Program-made: the position numbers and the translations under genes | Shown: piece by piece, positions 29,397-39,062 of the stretch | Layout: the number at the start of each line of letters is the position of its first letter | How positions within the stretch are numbered: position 1 is the first letter of the stretch | Source of the DNA: Myxococcota bacterium | GTDB taxonomy: Bacteria > Myxococcota_A > SURF-8 | Assembly (NCBI GenBank): GCA_963674735.2 | Contig: CAXXQS010000002.1 | Location: forward strand, 1,536,001-1,600,000 | Length of the DNA: 64,000 nt | Reading direction: 5' to 3' | Notes under the pieces: generated by a model | Database searches by the model: none | The model's input: only the letters and a program-made list of their open reading frames with translations | Told to the model about the DNA's origin: nothing

Positions 29397-30626
29397 TCAG
29401 GGTAGCGCGGCAACCGCTCGCGCGATCCGCAGAACCTCGTCCTCGCCGAGATCGTCATACCAGGGCAGCATGATGAGGGTTTCGTCCAGCTTGCGGCCGA
29501 TGCGGACTTCTTCCTCGCGGGCATCCGGGAAATCCCAATACATACTGGACGGCCGCACCGCCCCGATCCCGGCGCGATTGAGCCGCGCGATGTCCCTGTC
29601 GCGGTCGTTTGATTTGATGTAGAGATATTGGCAGGCCGACTCGCCGCCCGGGTCCGAAATGAACAGGCGTCGGGCGGCCTGGTTGCGGGGAAAAGCCAAC
29701 TGGAACTGGGCCATCTGCTGCCGTCGGCGCTTCAGCGCTGCCGGGAAGCGGTCGAGCGCACGCAGGGCGGATTCGACCGCCGCAGGATGCGGCATACGCG
29801 GTGTTTCGCTATCCGCGCCTTTTTTCAGAAACGGTCGGATGTACGTTTTATAGGCGGCCAGGCCGTTCGAAGATTCGAACAGCCGTTGCCACAAAAACGC
29901 GCCCACCCAGTCGTAAACGGGTGCCGATGTCCCCAGCCGCAGGACGGCTTGCGAACCCGTCTTGAGAAGGTGACGGGGAAAGGGCTCCGGTTCAAACCGC
30001 TGCTGGCGCTCGCGGGCGGCGTCTGCCAGATCCGGGTCGTCGGTGATCAACGCACCGCCGCCGTTCATGCTGATCGGCTTGAACGAGGCGAAGCTGACGA
30101 TTCCCGCCCGACCGAACGTTCCGATTTTCCGGCCTTTGAATTGCGTTCCGATGGCGTGGGCGCAGTCCTCGATGAGGCAAACGTCGTGTGCATCGGCCCA
30201 TGGCCCGATAGCCTCCAGCGGAGCCGGATTTCCCAGAATATGCGTGGCCAGAATGGCGGAGGGCCGATGGCGGTCGAGCAGGTGGAGCTTGTGCGGGTCG
30301 ATCGTGCCGTCGCTTTCGCGCACGTCGATGGGAACCGGTCGGTATCCGGCGCGTTGCAGTTGCAGCGGAACGCTCGTGCAGGTCAGCGTCGGTACGGCAA
30401 TCGTCGCACCCGGACGAATCCCCAGGCCGGAAAGGGCGGCATGCAGAGCGGCATTCGCTCTGGGAAACAGAATACAGTCGCCAACGCCCGCGAGTTCGGC
30501 AAAGCGGGCTTCAAACTCCCGGTAGCCGGTCAAAGGGTCGGAGCGGTGGCGGTCGAGCGACTTTCTCAGGCCGACGAGCGTTTGTCCGGCGCTGTCGGGG
30601 CGAATGATCGGGAGTTTACGTCTCAT
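29397..30626 (-). CDS. DegT/DnrJ/EryC1/StrS PLP-dependent aminotransferase family
   Basis: LIEDCAHA, SFASFKPISMNGGG (PLP Lys), C-terminal MLPWY. Confidence 0.85.
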   Translation of the reverse strand: MRRKLPIIRPDSAGQTLVGLRKSLDRHRSDPLTGYREFEARFAELAGVGDCILFPRANAALHAALSGLGIRPGATIAVPTLTCTSVPLQLQRAGYRPVPIDVRESDGTIDPHKLHLLDRHRPSAILATHILGNPAPLEAIGPWADAHDVCLIEDCAHAIGTQFKGRKIGTFGRAGIVSFASFKPISMNGGGALITDDPDLADAARERQQRFEPEPFPRHLLKTGSQAVLRLGTSAPVYDWVGAFLWQRLFESSNGLAAYKTYIRPFLKKGADSETPRMPHPAAVESALRALDRFPAALKRRRQQMAQFQLAFPRNQAARRLFISDPGGESACQYLYIKSNDRDRDIARLNRAGIGAVRPSSMYWDFPDAREEEVRIGRKLDETLIMLPWYDDLGEDEVLRIARAVAALP

Positions 30627-31618
30627 GGGATGTCTCTGGTTGCCGGTCCGCCAGAGCGGAACGAACGAAGAGGATGCCGGGCAACGCCGGGGCGAAACGG
30701 ATCATGACGGTGGTAAGGAAAGCCGCTATGCAAATGGCGCGGGGATCGCCTGTATGGCTGAACAGCACGACGGCCCCGGCTTCTCGGCTTCCGAAACCGC
30801 CGAACGATAGCGGCAGCGAGGCGAAGGCATTGAGCAGCACGAGGTCCAAAGGGGACAGGGCGCTCATGGAGCAGCCGGTCGCCAGGGACAACGTGATGCC
30901 GAAACACGCAATCTCGGCCGCTTCATGGCCGATCGTGGCCAAAGCGAGATGAACGCGGCGGCTGTAGGAATAGGCCTTCAACCCGCCGACTCCGCGAAAT
31001 CCGGCAAATAGATTTCGGCCGATGCGTGCAAGCAAGCCCTTCCGGTTAGGCGGCGAATCGGTGGGGGTGTCGTTGCTCGGCCGACCGATGAGCAGCAGCA
31101 AAACCCCGGCTGCGAGGAGGGTCACCCCCCCCGCGCTCCACCCGGGCATCCACATCATGAGCAGTGCCCCGAAAAGCAGAACGGCTTCGGCCAACACACC
31201 CAGGCTCTTGTCGGTGATCCAGAGGGCCGACACCTGCGAGAATGACATCCGCCATTTGCGTGTGACCAACGACATCGCCAGCGGCTCGGCCCAGAAAAAC
31301 GGCAGCATCCATTTGGAGGCCAGCAGAATCGAGCGATCCTTCAGGGACTGGATATAGGTGGGAACGAGGCCGAAGCGGCCGAGTAGAGAGTGATATTTCC
31401 AGGGTCGCAGCAGCATGTTGATCAGAACGGATGCGATCACCGGAACCAGCAAGGCGGCCGTAGGAAAGCGAAACGCTTCGCTTAACGTCTCCGAACTGTT
31501 CACCATCCACGCGATGCAGAATGCATAAAAAGCAAGGCTCAGCAAAATGGAGAAAGCCGACAGAAGGCGCGCTCGACGCTGATTATCCATAGAAGCTGAT
31601 GGGGCCATCATTTGCATC
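30616..31618 (-). CDS. Lysylphosphatidylglycerol-synthase TM / flippase-like membrane protein
   Basis: Polytopic; R.WK, DK and LPLSFGGFGSREA motifs. Start uncertain. Confidence 0.75.
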
Positions 31619-31678
31619 CATTGCCGATTGAAACGCGGGACACGCAATCATCATACCGGATTTTGCGAGAAATTCAAT

Positions 31679-32659
31679 TCAGGTCGACCGGGCATTCCAG
31701 GCCGCCACGGGCGACGGCGCGAGAATCATATTCAACTCCAGTCGCGCCGATACCCAGCAGCCGGGACAGCTTTCGCGGCGTTCAAGCCGTTTGAAGGCCT
31801 CGCTAAAGGGCATCTGCGTGCAGTCGGGGCCGTCGGCCTGATCGGGCATGCGCGGGCAGCCCTTCATGATGCCATCGGGGGTCAAGCGGCAGGCGATTCG
31901 CGACGCATAGCAGCGCATCGGCGCCAGCTCGGGAAAGCGGCGCAAATAGCGCAGACCGGCGAGCGAATTTCCGATATGCGGATTTCCGCGCCGCTTCTCG
32001 GCGATCAGAAAATCCAGCGCAGCCGAGATCCGTGCCGGTGCCGCGAGAACCGGGTTGGGCTGTTCGCCTTGAAGTAACGTTTCCGTCGCCGGTTGAAACA
32101 TTACGCGGGCATGATAGCGGTGCGCGACTTCGAGAACGTGCGAGAGGGAATCCAGGTTTTCGGACGACAAGACCGTGGAAATGCGGATCTTCTTGTCCAG
32201 CCGCTTGGCGGCTTCGAGGCCTTCCAGCGCGCAGGCATAGGCTCCGTCTCCTCGAAGGGCGTCGTGAACGTCGCGTGGGCCGTCCAGGCTGATCGAGAAC
32301 TGTCCCAGGTTTTTCAACTCGTGGATTCGATCCGCAACGCCATAACCCGTCGTACTGAGCGAAACCGAAATACCGCGTACGTAGCAGCGGTCGATCAGCT
32401 GCCCCAAGTCTTTTCGCAGCAGGGGTTCGCCGCCGGTGAACTGAATCACCTTGACGCCGGTCGCGGCCATGTCGTCGATGAGCCGCAAGGCCGTTTCGGT
32501 CGGCAGGCCGGGTTGATTTTTGCGCCAGACGTTGCAGTATGTGCAGGAAAAAACGCACTGCGTCCCCAGCGACCACCCCACCACCAGCGGCGTCGGGCGA
32601 TTCAGGAAACGGGCGGCCGCCAGTTTCGGGAGGGCTTGAATTTTGGTGCTTAGCTTCAT
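31679..32659 (-). CDS. Radical SAM enzyme, paralogue of 26973-27959
   Basis: CVFSCTYC, FTGGEPLL, ISLDGPRDVH, shared EKRRGNPHI.NS, C-terminal C...C...CPGC. Start taken at MKLSTK. Confidence 0.9.
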   Translation of the reverse strand: MKLSTKIQALPKLAAARFLNRPTPLVVGWSLGTQCVFSCTYCNVWRKNQPGLPTETALRLIDDMAATGVKVIQFTGGEPLLRKDLGQLIDRCYVRGISVSLSTTGYGVADRIHELKNLGQFSISLDGPRDVHDALRGDGAYACALEGLEAAKRLDKKIRISTVLSSENLDSLSHVLEVAHRYHARVMFQPATETLLQGEQPNPVLAAPARISAALDFLIAEKRRGNPHIGNSLAGLRYLRRFPELAPMRCYASRIACRLTPDGIMKGCPRMPDQADGPDCTQMPFSEAFKRLERRESCPGCWVSARLELNMILAPSPVAAWNARST

Positions 32660-32924
32660 GGTGGCGGCGGTTTCTGCATTGAGGGTTAACGGACAACGCC
32701 TGATAACGATAGCGATCATAGGATAGAGCCATTGCGCGGAAGGGGCAAGGAAAATGGGCAGGCGCACCAACCCGGAGCGTCGATAGCGGGCGCAATCCGC
32801 AAGCGTTTGGAAAATCGGCAGTAGCGGAGCGAACCCGGCGACACTCATCTTGGTTGCGCCTCGACCTGCGGGCGAGACTGTGCTATATCCGATGGCATCG
32901 ATGGGTGAGTGAAAGGAGGCCGCG

Positions 32925-34607
32925 ATGAAAAGGCGGACGGCGGTTGCCTGGACGGAATTGGGCGCTTTGCGGGGCGTTTTCGCCTGGCTGGTGCTGGGTG
33001 TGCTGGTGGCCGCGGGCTGCGGCGAAGGGGACGCGAGCGTCTCGGATGGCGATGCCGATCGCGCGGGCGACACCGATGTTGAATTCGCTACGGATGGCGA
33101 CGGCGACGGCGACGGCGACGGCGAACTCGACGCGGAAGCCGCCGAATCGTGGGATCACGGACGGGTGGAGGAAACGCGGCCGCGCTGGCATTTCACCCCG
33201 CGTTCGGGTTGGATAAACGATCCCAACGGGCTTGTCTTTTTCGACGGTGAATACCACTTGTTCTATCAATATGCGGCGGAAGGATTTCTTGTCGGACCGG
33301 TGGAGTGGGGCCATGCGGTCAGTTCCGATCTTTTGCATTGGCAGGATTTGCCGCTCGCCATTCCCTACGACGCCGAGCTGGGCAACGCCTATTCCGGCAG
33401 CGCGTTGGTGGATGCCGACAACCGCAGCGGCCGGTGTCCGGACGGGCCCTGTATCGTAGCTGTATTCACGCATTCGGGCGGAAACAGCGGCGGGCAGAAG
33501 CAGAGCCTGGCCGTCAGTCGCGACCGCGGGCGCAGTTGGGAATTGCAGGCCGACAATCCGGTTTTAACCGACGACAGCCTGGCCGATTTTCGCGACCCCA
33601 AGGTCTTCTGGCATGCGCCGGAGGGCCGCTTCGTGATGGTGCTGACGGCAGGGCGGGCCTTGCGTTTTTACACCTCCGCGAACCTGAGCGAGTGGGTTTT
33701 CGCCAGCGAATTCGCCCAGCCTGCGGATTTCGAATCGGGGAAGTGGGAGTGTCCCGATCTCTTCGCCCTGCCGCATCCCGACGGGTCGGGAAACAAGCTG
33801 TGGGTGTTGCAGGTGGATGTGTTTTCCGGCGGTCCCCAGGGCGGTTCGGGCAGCCAGTATTTCGTCGGGGATTTCGATGGAACGGCCTTCACGCCGCTCG
33901 CCGACGGCGGTCCTTTCTGGCTCGATTGGGGCAAGGATTTTTACGCCGCGCAGAGTTTTTCCGGTCTGCCCGAAACCGACGGGCGGCGCCTGATGATCGG
34001 TTGGTTGAACAACTGGAGCTATGCGCTATCGACACCGAGCGAGCCGTGGCAGGGCGCGCAAAGCCTGGTGCGAAGCGTCGCGTTGACCGAAAGTGCGGAC
34101 GGATTGCGCCTGCGGCAGCGACCGGTCGCCGAGCTTGAAGCCTTGCGCGGTGCGGCTTTCGTGGAGTTGGACGACGTGGAGACGTCTCGTGCGGCGGCGG
34201 AGTTGGCCGAGCTGTCGATGGCGGCTTTCGATTTGGAACTGGAAGTCGAGCTTGAAGCCGGGGCGGCGCTCGGGTTGATTCTCGGCGAGGCGGACGACGG
34301 GATTCACATCGAATACGAGCGGGACGCGGGTGAGTTGCGCGTCGACCGGCGGCAGCTTTCCGGTGGCGATTTCGCTACGGCCTATCCGGGACTTCATGTC
34401 GCGCCGCTGGCGTTGACCGACGGTCGCCTGCGTCTGCGGATCCTGGCGGACTTGGGCTCGCTGGAGCTGTTCGCCCAGGACGGCATCTGCGTAATGAGCG
34501 AATATGTCGCCGGTGATGTCACCCGAACGCGTCTCTCCCTGGAGGGGCGGGGCACGCTGCGGATCACGCGCTTGCGCCTTTACCCGCTGGCGAGTATCTG
34601 GCCCTAG
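32925..34607 (+). CDS. GH32 beta-fructosidase (levanase/exo-inulinase-like) lipoprotein
   Basis: Lipobox AAGC, DG linker; WINDPNG, FRDPKV, WECPD; C-terminal SLELF. Confidence 0.93.
   Translation: MKRRTAVAWTELGALRGVFAWLVLGVLVAAGCGEGDASVSDGDADRAGDTDVEFATDGDGDGDGDGELDAEAAESWDHGRVEETRPRWHFTPRSGWINDPNGLVFFDGEYHLFYQYAAEGFLVGPVEWGHAVSSDLLHWQDLPLAIPYDAELGNAYSGSALVDADNRSGRCPDGPCIVAVFTHSGGNSGGQKQSLAVSRDRGRSWELQADNPVLTDDSLADFRDPKVFWHAPEGRFVMVLTAGRALRFYTSANLSEWVFASEFAQPADFESGKWECPDLFALPHPDGSGNKLWVLQVDVFSGGPQGGSGSQYFVGDFDGTAFTPLADGGPFWLDWGKDFYAAQSFSGLPETDGRRLMIGWLNNWSYALSTPSEPWQGAQSLVRSVALTESADGLRLRQRPVAELEALRGAAFVELDDVETSRAAAELAELSMAAFDLELEVELEAGAALGLILGEADDGIHIEYERDAGELRVDRRQLSGGDFATAYPGLHVAPLALTDGRLRLRILADLGSLELFAQDGICVMSEYVAGDVTRTRLSLEGRGTLRITRLRLYPLASIWP
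33092..33124 (+). repeat. GA(T/C)GGC hexamer tandem repeat encoding poly(Asp-Gly)
   Basis: gatggcgacggcgacggcgacggcgacggcga; a similar DG tract lies at ~21017-21060. Confidence 0.8.
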
Positions 34608-35242
34608 CGCGGGCGAGGTTGCGCCGGATGCGCTCGTTCGTCCGCTTGCCGTGACCGGCGAAATAGGTCACATTTGCAAAAATGCGCCATCACCACCTAT
34701 TTTGGCCGCTTTGCCGCGACAGGTGTCGATTCGCTCGATGCGTCCCCTGCGCCGTTTGACGGCGATCATTTTCGCTTTCCTTGAAATCACAGGGTTTTCC
34801 GGCGGCGAATCGGGGAGTAAAGTCGTATTCCGATCAGTTTTTAGGGAATGCCCTAATACGTCACACCGTGTTGGGTCGCCAAGCTGCAAAATCACGCTGT
34901 GTCGTCCCGCTGCGCGGATCGGCGAATTCGGTCCGAACATGGAAAACGATGTTATAACGAGGGGTTGCAAGCCGGATACTCCGGATGCCGTCTGGAGCGA
35001 GAAGGCCGTCCAGCCGTTTTACGAGTCGCAAAGCGGCGGCAAAGTTCATATACTAAATATAATATATAGAAAATATTCAAAGGACGCCCTGTTAACTATT
35101 TGATATCACACGAGAATGGTGGGATTTCGCCGTTGGAGCTGAAAGACACCCCGCAAAAGCGCCGAAAACAGTGAATAGATGTGTAATAACAAGGAGATGT
35201 AGAGAGGGGAGGGCCGTAACCCGCCCTTCGTCGCCTCCTGCG

Positions 35243-36721
35243 TCAGGCTTCCCGTTTGCTGAAGACCAGCCGCCCGTTCTGGAAGACTTTCGCCGGTTGC
35301 ATCAGGTGCGCGGCACGGGTCAGCGGGTTGTCGGTAAAGACCGCCAGATCGGCCGCCTTGCCCGCTTCGATGGAGCCTAATTCATTCTCAAGCCCAAAAA
35401 GACGCGCGTTATTGACCGTGGCCATTTTCAGGCCCTCGGCCGCACTGACTCCGATGTGCTCCAAAAGCATCAATTCAAGCGCCATCGCGCCGGGGAAGAC
35501 GAAGGGGATGCCGCCGTCGTTGCCGCAGCCGAAAGGTACGCCAGATTCGTACAGCTGCCGCGCGTTGGCCATGCCGCGCACCACGGCCGAGGTGAAATGG
35601 CGCGGGTCGGGCCAGGGAATCAGGTGCCGCTGGGTATAGGATTGCGGGTTGCGGTAGCGGCGATAGAGATCCAGCGAGCCCGTCGCCAGATCCGGTTCGA
35701 GGTAACTGCGGATCAGACTCGGCAGCCACGCGTCGCGCAGCGCCAGCACCTCGGGCAGATAGCCGCGACCCCAGCAGGGATCGCCGTCCATGCGGTGCGC
35801 CAGACCGAAGGGCGCCGACAAGGTGGGCACCGACCAGCCGCCCTGATCTTTCATGCGGCGGTGGCAGGCATCGTCCAGCATCGCGTCGCGGATCACGTGT
35901 TGGAAATCGATCACGCCGCTTTCCAGTCCGCGCCGCATACCGCCGTGCTCGGTTTGGTGCAGGGCCACGGAAACGCCCTGTTTACGGGCCTCGTCGCACA
36001 CGGCTGTCAGCGTGGGCGTGTCCATCACCGGCAGGGCCGTGCTCGGAATGAACAGCCGCTCGGGTTGCTGGAACACCTTGATGAAGTCGGCCCCCGTGTC
36101 GATTCCGCGCTTGACGCCGTCGCGCGCCTCGGCCGGATTGCGCGCCGCGCGGATGAACGGGTCGTTGCCCCAGACGGAGATCTGGCTGCCGTAACCGCCC
36201 GGCTCATACAAGGCGCAGCAGGTGAGAATGCGCGGGCCCACGATTTCGCCGCGTGCGATTTTCTCCTTGAGCTTGTCCATCAACGGACCCACGGCCAGCA
36301 TGTCGCGCACGCAGGTGACGCCGTGCTTGATGCACTCCTCGGCGTTGCGCTCCACCTGCCGTTCGTAGGCGAAGACCATGGCCGGACCGAAATTCACGCC
36401 GCAGGGCAGGGTGATGTGGCAATGGGCGTTGATCAATCCGGGGGTGACGAAGCCGCCCGCCAGATCCACCGTCGCGGCGGGTCCGACCGGGTTGTCCGGC
36501 GACACCAGCGCCGCGATGCGACCGTCGTCGATCAGCAGGGCGGTTTCAGGGCGCAGCACGCCCCGCTCGACATCGACGATCTGCGCGTTTTTAAGCAGTA
36601 AGCGTTGTGGCCAGCGGCCCGCATGGGGCGCGACATAACGCGGGGTAGCGGTGGAACAGCCCGGCGCGGAGGCGGCCAGCGCGGCCAGGGCGGAAAACTG
36701 CAGGAACTGGCGGCGGTCCAT
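35243..36721 (-). CDS. Tat-exported amidohydrolase-family lipoprotein
   Basis: MDRRQFLQ plus lipobox APGC; PGLINAHCH, DFIKV, GNDGG, GSIEAGKAADL. Confidence 0.88.
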   Translation of the reverse strand: MDRRQFLQFSALAALAASAPGCSTATPRYVAPHAGRWPQRLLLKNAQIVDVERGVLRPETALLIDDGRIAALVSPDNPVGPAATVDLAGGFVTPGLINAHCHITLPCGVNFGPAMVFAYERQVERNAEECIKHGVTCVRDMLAVGPLMDKLKEKIARGEIVGPRILTCCALYEPGGYGSQISVWGNDPFIRAARNPAEARDGVKRGIDTGADFIKVFQQPERLFIPSTALPVMDTPTLTAVCDEARKQGVSVALHQTEHGGMRRGLESGVIDFQHVIRDAMLDDACHRRMKDQGGWSVPTLSAPFGLAHRMDGDPCWGRGYLPEVLALRDAWLPSLIRSYLEPDLATGSLDLYRRYRNPQSYTQRHLIPWPDPRHFTSAVVRGMANARQLYESGVPFGCGNDGGIPFVFPGAMALELMLLEHIGVSAAEGLKMATVNNARLFGLENELGSIEAGKAADLAVFTDNPLTRAAHLMQPAKVFQNGRLVFSKREA

Positions 36722-37563
36722 TATTCACTCGCTTCGTTTTTCACACGGGCCTTTTCGATGATACGTTCGGTCATGCTTTCGCGCAGACCGGGAAACCAGC
36801 GGTTGACGGCGTTGACGAAACGGCCCTTGAAGCCCGGAATGATCAAGGCGCGGTTGCGGTCCATGCCCTGCAACATGCCTTCCACCACCGCTTCGGCGGA
36901 CATCAGGCCCGCTTTGTCGTTGATGGCCTTGGTTTCCGGCGGTTTGAAGGTGTCGGTGTGGCGCAGCATGGGTGTGTCCACCTGCACCGGACAGAGCACC
37001 GATACGCCGATGCCGTAGGGTTTCAGCTCGCTGCGCAGGGCCTGGGTGAAGCCCACCGCCGCGAACTTGGAGGCCGAGTAGGTGGTGTAGCCGTAATTAC
37101 CCATCAGCCCGGCCATGGAAGCCACGTTGACGATGGTGCCGCCCGTCTGCTTCATGGCGGGCAGGCAGGCCTCGATCACGTGGCGCAGGCCGTAGACGTT
37201 GAGCTGCATCAGCTTGTCGAAGCGCGCGAAGCTCTCTTCCTCGAAACGCGTGGCGCCGCCCGCCCCGGCGCAGTTGATCAGAACCTGCGGTCCGCCGAAA
37301 TCGGCGATGGCGTCTTTCAGGGTGGCGAGCACCGCGTCGCGGTCGGTGACGTCGAGCGGCAAGCTGGCGAACAGCTGCTCGGAACGCGGGGCCGCCGCTT
37401 TGAAGGCCGCTTCGGCTTCGGCGCGAACGGCGGGAGCGTCGATGGAAAAGGCCAGCACGTCCGCGCCCAGTTGCGCGAAACGGATCCCGGCGGCGCGTCC
37501 GATCCCGCTGGTGCCGCCGCTGATGAAAACGCGCTGTCTGTCGTAATTTCGTTTAGGTGTCAT
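36721..37563 (-). CDS. Classical SDR oxidoreductase, 3-ketodihydrosphingosine reductase-like
   Basis: ISGGTSGIG, INCAG, NVAS, YSASK, VDTPML...KPPETKAI. Start MTPKRNY. Confidence 0.85.
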   Translation of the reverse strand: MTPKRNYDRQRVFISGGTSGIGRAAGIRFAQLGADVLAFSIDAPAVRAEAEAAFKAAAPRSEQLFASLPLDVTDRDAVLATLKDAIADFGGPQVLINCAGAGGATRFEEESFARFDKLMQLNVYGLRHVIEACLPAMKQTGGTIVNVASMAGLMGNYGYTTYSASKFAAVGFTQALRSELKPYGIGVSVLCPVQVDTPMLRHTDTFKPPETKAINDKAGLMSAEAVVEGMLQGMDRNRALIIPGFKGRFVNAVNRWFPGLRESMTERIIEKARVKNEASE

Positions 37564-37580
37564 GGTATGGCTCGACTGTA

Positions 37581-38894
37581 TCAGGTGGCGCTGAATTCCA
37601 GATCGATGGCCTCGACTTTGTCGAGATCCCGATTGTAGAATAGCGCACCGGCAAAAAACAAAAGCCCGGCCAACAGGCTGAAGGCGGGCAACAGGGTCAT
37701 GGCGAAGGTGATGTCGCTGGCGTCGGAAACCGCCCCGACGAAGATCGGGCCGAGCGAGCTGCCCAGCAGGTTCTGCACGATGACACAGAAGCCGTAGGAG
37801 GTGGCGCGCAGGCCCGGATGCACGACGTCCTGGGTCACCGCCGCCGCACCGGGAACGAAAATGGAGGCCGCCAGTCCGCCTGATAAAAGCACGACATATT
37901 GCAGTGTGCCTTCGAAAAACGCGAAGGCGCTGAAGAGCAAACCGGCCGTCAGGCAGGAGGAAATCGCCGGGACCAGGATGCGGGCGTTCCGTTGTTTGCG
38001 ACTCCAGCGGTCGGCCAGAAAACCGCCCAGAGGCGAGCCGACGATGGCGAAGACCATGATCAGGCTGCTTTTGAGTCCGGCGTCGGATTCCGCCATGCCC
38101 TGGGTGCGATGGAAATAGCTGGGCAGCCAGCACAGCAGGGCGGTGGTGACGAAGGTGTTGCCCGCAAAGGCCACGTAGGTGAGCAGCAGCGAGGGGGTGG
38201 AGGTAAACTCGCGGGCGATGTCGCGGCGGCTCATTTTGACCGATCCGGCAGCGAGGCCGGGGTTTGTCTGCTTTTTGATCAACTCAACCGATTTGTAGTC
38301 TTTCGTTTTGAAAAACAACAGGGCGACCACGATGCCCGGCAGCGCCACCAGTCCGAAGGCGTGCTGCCAGCCGAGGTGGGTGGCCACCACGCCGCCCAGC
38401 GCGATGCCGCCCGCCGCGCCCAAAGGGATGGACGCGGTCCAGACGCCCAGGGCCAAAGCGCGTTTGGCCGGGGAGAAAATGGCCGAAATCATGGCGGTGC
38501 CGCCCGGCGCATAGCCCGCTTCGCCGATGCCGATGATCGAGCGCACGATGAAAAGCTGGGTGAAGTTGCGCGTGAAGGCGCAGGCACCGGTGGCCAGACT
38601 CCAGATCAGCGCCATCAGCGCGATGGTTTTCCGGCGGCTCCAGCGGTCGATCAGAAACGACACCGGCAGCGAAAAGACGATGATCGACCAGTAGACGGCC
38701 GACATCAGCATGCCGCATTGGGTGTCGGACAGGCCCCAGTCTTCCTTGATGAACGGAAAGAGCGACGAGACCACCATGCGATCGACATAGTCGAAGACGT
38801 AGAGCAGGATGAGCAGGATGTAAATGTAATAGGCGGAACCGGGACTGATCCCCGACTCGGTACGTGCGGCATTCCCGTCGGCGTTTGCGTGCAT
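37581..38894 (-). CDS. MFS transporter, Spinster-like
   Basis: FDYVDR, LSDTQCG, DRWSRR, RSIIGIGEAGY; about 12 TM. Confidence 0.9.
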   Translation of the reverse strand: MHANADGNAARTESGISPGSAYYIYILLILLYVFDYVDRMVVSSLFPFIKEDWGLSDTQCGMLMSAVYWSIIVFSLPVSFLIDRWSRRKTIALMALIWSLATGACAFTRNFTQLFIVRSIIGIGEAGYAPGGTAMISAIFSPAKRALALGVWTASIPLGAAGGIALGGVVATHLGWQHAFGLVALPGIVVALLFFKTKDYKSVELIKKQTNPGLAAGSVKMSRRDIAREFTSTPSLLLTYVAFAGNTFVTTALLCWLPSYFHRTQGMAESDAGLKSSLIMVFAIVGSPLGGFLADRWSRKQRNARILVPAISSCLTAGLLFSAFAFFEGTLQYVVLLSGGLAASIFVPGAAAVTQDVVHPGLRATSYGFCVIVQNLLGSSLGPIFVGAVSDASDITFAMTLLPAFSLLAGLLFFAGALFYNRDLDKVEAIDLEFSAT

Positions 38895-39062
38895 GATAAG
38901 GATCTATCTCCAGCCGGGCGAATCGGAGCGGCGATTGCGTGTTAGTATTCGCGATGGCGCGTCGGTATTCGAATCGATGGATGCCGGTTCACGTGATGAC
39001 GGCCCATCCTAGTGCGTGGCGGCGGATGCGGTCAAGAAATGATTTGAAAAAGCCGGGTCCGT

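Noticed and set aside
32660-33073. N-terminal extension of the 464-aa radical SAM ORF
   Set aside because: It overlaps the divergent GH32 gene; the paralogue's length supports a start at 32659.
37564-38133. N-terminal extension of the 470-aa SDR ORF
   Set aside because: It overlaps the MFS gene out of frame; the SDR fold starts at 37563.
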